Origin: Acidimicrobiales bacterium
GTDB taxonomy: Bacteria > Actinomycetota > Acidimicrobiia > Acidimicrobiales > VFJN01
Direction of reading: 5' to 3'
DNA length: 24,000 nucleotides
NCBI GenBank assembly: GCA_035649475.1
Contig: DASRJM010000247.1
Coordinates: forward strand, 9,046-33,045
The notes beneath the pieces were generated by a model, which worked only from the letters and a program-made list of their open reading frames with translations, was not told where the DNA came from and searched no databases. Positions 22,365 through 24,000 of this stretch are shown piece by piece; position 1 is the stretch's first letter; every line of letters starts with the position of its first letter. Made by a program: the position numbers and the translations under genes.

Positions 22365-23806
22365 CCGTCGACGTCCCCGGCGTGCCCACCACCGAGGAGC
22401 CGCTCCCGGTCGCGAGCCCCGTGGACCCGACCCGGCCCGAGGTCCACCTGACGCCGCGCCAGTGGGCGCAGCGCAATCTGTACCCGAGCCCGTTGTCGGC
22501 GGTGCTGACCGTCGTGTTCGGCCTGCTGCTCGCGTACGGGCTCTACCGCCTGGCCTGGTTCGCGCTGGTGTCGTCGGACTGGGCGATCGTCCGGAGGAAC
22601 CTGCGGCTGTTCATGATCGGCCGGTTCCCCCTCGACGAGGCCTGGCGGCTGTGGGGCGCCCTGTACGTGGTGGCCGCCGCCGTCGGGCTGCTCAGCGGCG
22701 CGGTGGTGGCCCGGGCCGAGATGCTGGCCGAGGCCGCCGGCCGGCCCCTGACCCGGCCCGGCCGCTGGAGCTGGGCCCGGCGCTACTGGCCGGCGCTCGC
22801 GGCCGTGGCCGTGATCCTGGCCCAGACCCGCACCTGGGTCCCGACGCTGTGCACGCTCGGCGCCGTCGCCGTGCTGGTCGGTGCCCGCCGGCTCGGCCTG
22901 CGCCTCCCCGAGGTGGGCAACCACGTCTTCGTCGGGGCGCTGATCGCCCTGATCCTGGTGTACGAGCTGGTGGCGGGGTCCGGCGCCGGCCTGTGGTCCG
23001 TCCCGGACGCCATCCAGCTCGCGCTGATCGTCGGAGCGCTGATCGCCAGCACCCGCAGCCTGGGACGGCGGCCGATCCGGTGGGCCGTGATCGGGCTCAT
23101 CGCTGTCGCGGTGCTCGCCGTGCAGCTGTCGACGGGCGAGGGTGGGGTCGGCTGGGACGACTGGGGCGGCCTGCACCTCACGCTGTTCGTCACCTTCGTC
23201 GGCATCGCCCTCTCGTTCCCCGTCGGCGTGCTGGTGGCGCTGGGTCGGCGGTCGTCGCTTCCCGCCCTGCGGTCGATGTCGGTGACCTACATCGAGGCCA
23301 TCCGGGGCGTGCCGCTGGTGGCGCTGCTGTTCATGGGGCAGTACGTCATCCCGCTGTTCTTCCCCAACACGGTCGAGCCGCCGAGCCCGCTGGCCCGGGC
23401 GCTCATCGTCATCGTGCTGTTCGAGTCGGCCTACGTGGCCGAGACCGTGCGGGGCGGCCTCCAGTCGGTGCCCCGGGGCCAGAGGGAGGCGGCCATGGCG
23501 ATCGGGCTGTCGCCGTGGAAGGTGACCCGGCTGATCGTGCTGCCCCAGGCGCTGCGGGCGGTGATCCCGGCGATGGTCGGCCAGTTCATCAGCCTGTTCA
23601 AGGACACCTCGCTGCTGCAGATCATCGGCTTCGTCGAGCTGCTGGAGGTCGCCGAGAACGTGTCGAGCCAGCCCGAGTTCCTCGGCCAGGGCCTGCACAC
23701 CGTCACGTTCGCCTTCGTGGCGCTCATCTACTGGGCGGGCTGCTACACCATGTCGCGCGAGAGCCGGCGCCTCGAGGGGCGGCTGGGGATCGGAGACCGC
23801 CGATGA
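22361..23806 (+). CDS. aapM: Amino-acid ABC transporter permease (AapM/BztC type)
   Basis: ATG 22361 overlaps the upstream stop (ATGA). 481 aa, multi-TM. Contains [27 protein letters not shown] and FKDTSLL. Confidence 0.9.
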   Translation: MTVDVPGVPTTEEPLPVASPVDPTRPEVHLTPRQWAQRNLYPSPLSAVLTVVFGLLLAYGLYRLAWFALVSSDWAIVRRNLRLFMIGRFPLDEAWRLWGALYVVAAAVGLLSGAVVARAEMLAEAAGRPLTRPGRWSWARRYWPALAAVAVILAQTRTWVPTLCTLGAVAVLVGARRLGLRLPEVGNHVFVGALIALILVYELVAGSGAGLWSVPDAIQLALIVGALIASTRSLGRRPIRWAVIGLIAVAVLAVQLSTGEGGVGWDDWGGLHLTLFVTFVGIALSFPVGVLVALGRRSSLPALRSMSVTYIEAIRGVPLVALLFMGQYVIPLFFPNTVEPPSPLARALIVIVLFESAYVAETVRGGLQSVPRGQREAAMAIGLSPWKVTRLIVLPQALRAVIPAMVGQFISLFKDTSLLQIIGFVELLEVAENVSSQPEFLGQGLHTVTFAFVALIYWAGCYTMSRESRRLEGRLGIGDRR

Positions 23807-24000
23807 CCGACGCCGTTACCGACGCCCCCACCGACGGGCCGAACGACGACGGGCAGGCAGCCGAGACCATGATCGACCTCCGGGAGGTCGAGAAGTGGTT
23901 CGGCGACTTCCAGGCCCTCCGGGGCGTCGACCTGTCCGTGGCGCGCCAGGAGGTTGTCGTGGTCATCGGCCCGTCCGGGTCGGGCAAGTCGACGCTCATC
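23803..24000 (+). CDS. aapP: Amino-acid ABC transporter ATP-binding protein (AapP/GlnQ type), 5' part only
   Basis: ATG 23803 overlaps the upstream stop (ATGA). My translation MTDAVTDAP...[44 protein letters not shown] contains Walker A. The ORF runs off the window end. Confidence 0.9.
   Translation, partial: MTDAVTDAPTDGPNDDGQAAETMIDLREVEKWFGDFQALRGVDLSVARQEVVVVIGPSGSGKSTLI

Noticed and set aside
1-24000. Whole-window scan for tRNA/rRNA, CRISPR repeats, IS elements, integrases, and long direct or terminal inverted repeats
   Set aside because: None found by eye. There are no T-loop GGTTCGAAT-type motifs, no regularly spaced repeats and no transposase- or recombinase-like translations. Repeats are limited to the short intergenic motifs reported above.

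Overview
Very GC-rich, gene-dense chromosomal segment with actinobacterial hallmarks. These include a divergent gpsA/cofC(fbiD) pair as in M. tuberculosis Rv2982c/Rv2983, an LLM-class oxidoreductase, PhoH2, an Rv1264-type adenylate cyclase, many GTG starts, 4-nt stop/start overlaps and leaderless-looking starts. I call 24 protein-coding genes, the last truncated by the window end. I found no rRNA or tRNA, no CRISPR array, and no transposase, integrase or other mobile-element signature. Content in order: rnhB, a small ORF, a divergent RpiB-like isomerase, PPK2, an LLM oxidoreductase + cyclase-family operon, a DHFR-like protein, and a secreted lipase. Next come a P-loop protein + GH38 mannosidase operon, then a minus-strand gpsA operon. 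Then cofC + PIG-L deacetylase, AlgH, a small ORF, HIT, PhoH2 and an aapJQMP-type amino-acid ABC transporter. The best candidate for something undescribed is the module downstream of gpsA. It is a 762-aa uncharacterised protein, an Rv1264-type adenylate cyclase and an APH-fold kinase, chained by GTGA overlaps and ending back-to-back with the GH38 gene. Other points worth a look: 4 of 6 convergent gene junctions have 4 bp or less between stops (two are exact TGATCA double stops, one overlaps by 27 bp). Five genes have a TAnnnT hexamer 6-8 nt upstream of the start codon (TACGCT three times). A quasi-palindromic operator sits in a 39-bp divergent region. A 344-bp structured region lies upstream of phoH2. 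Phased TCCGACA/GAAAC repeats sit at the transporter start. All functional calls come from motif recognition by eye; no database search was possible.
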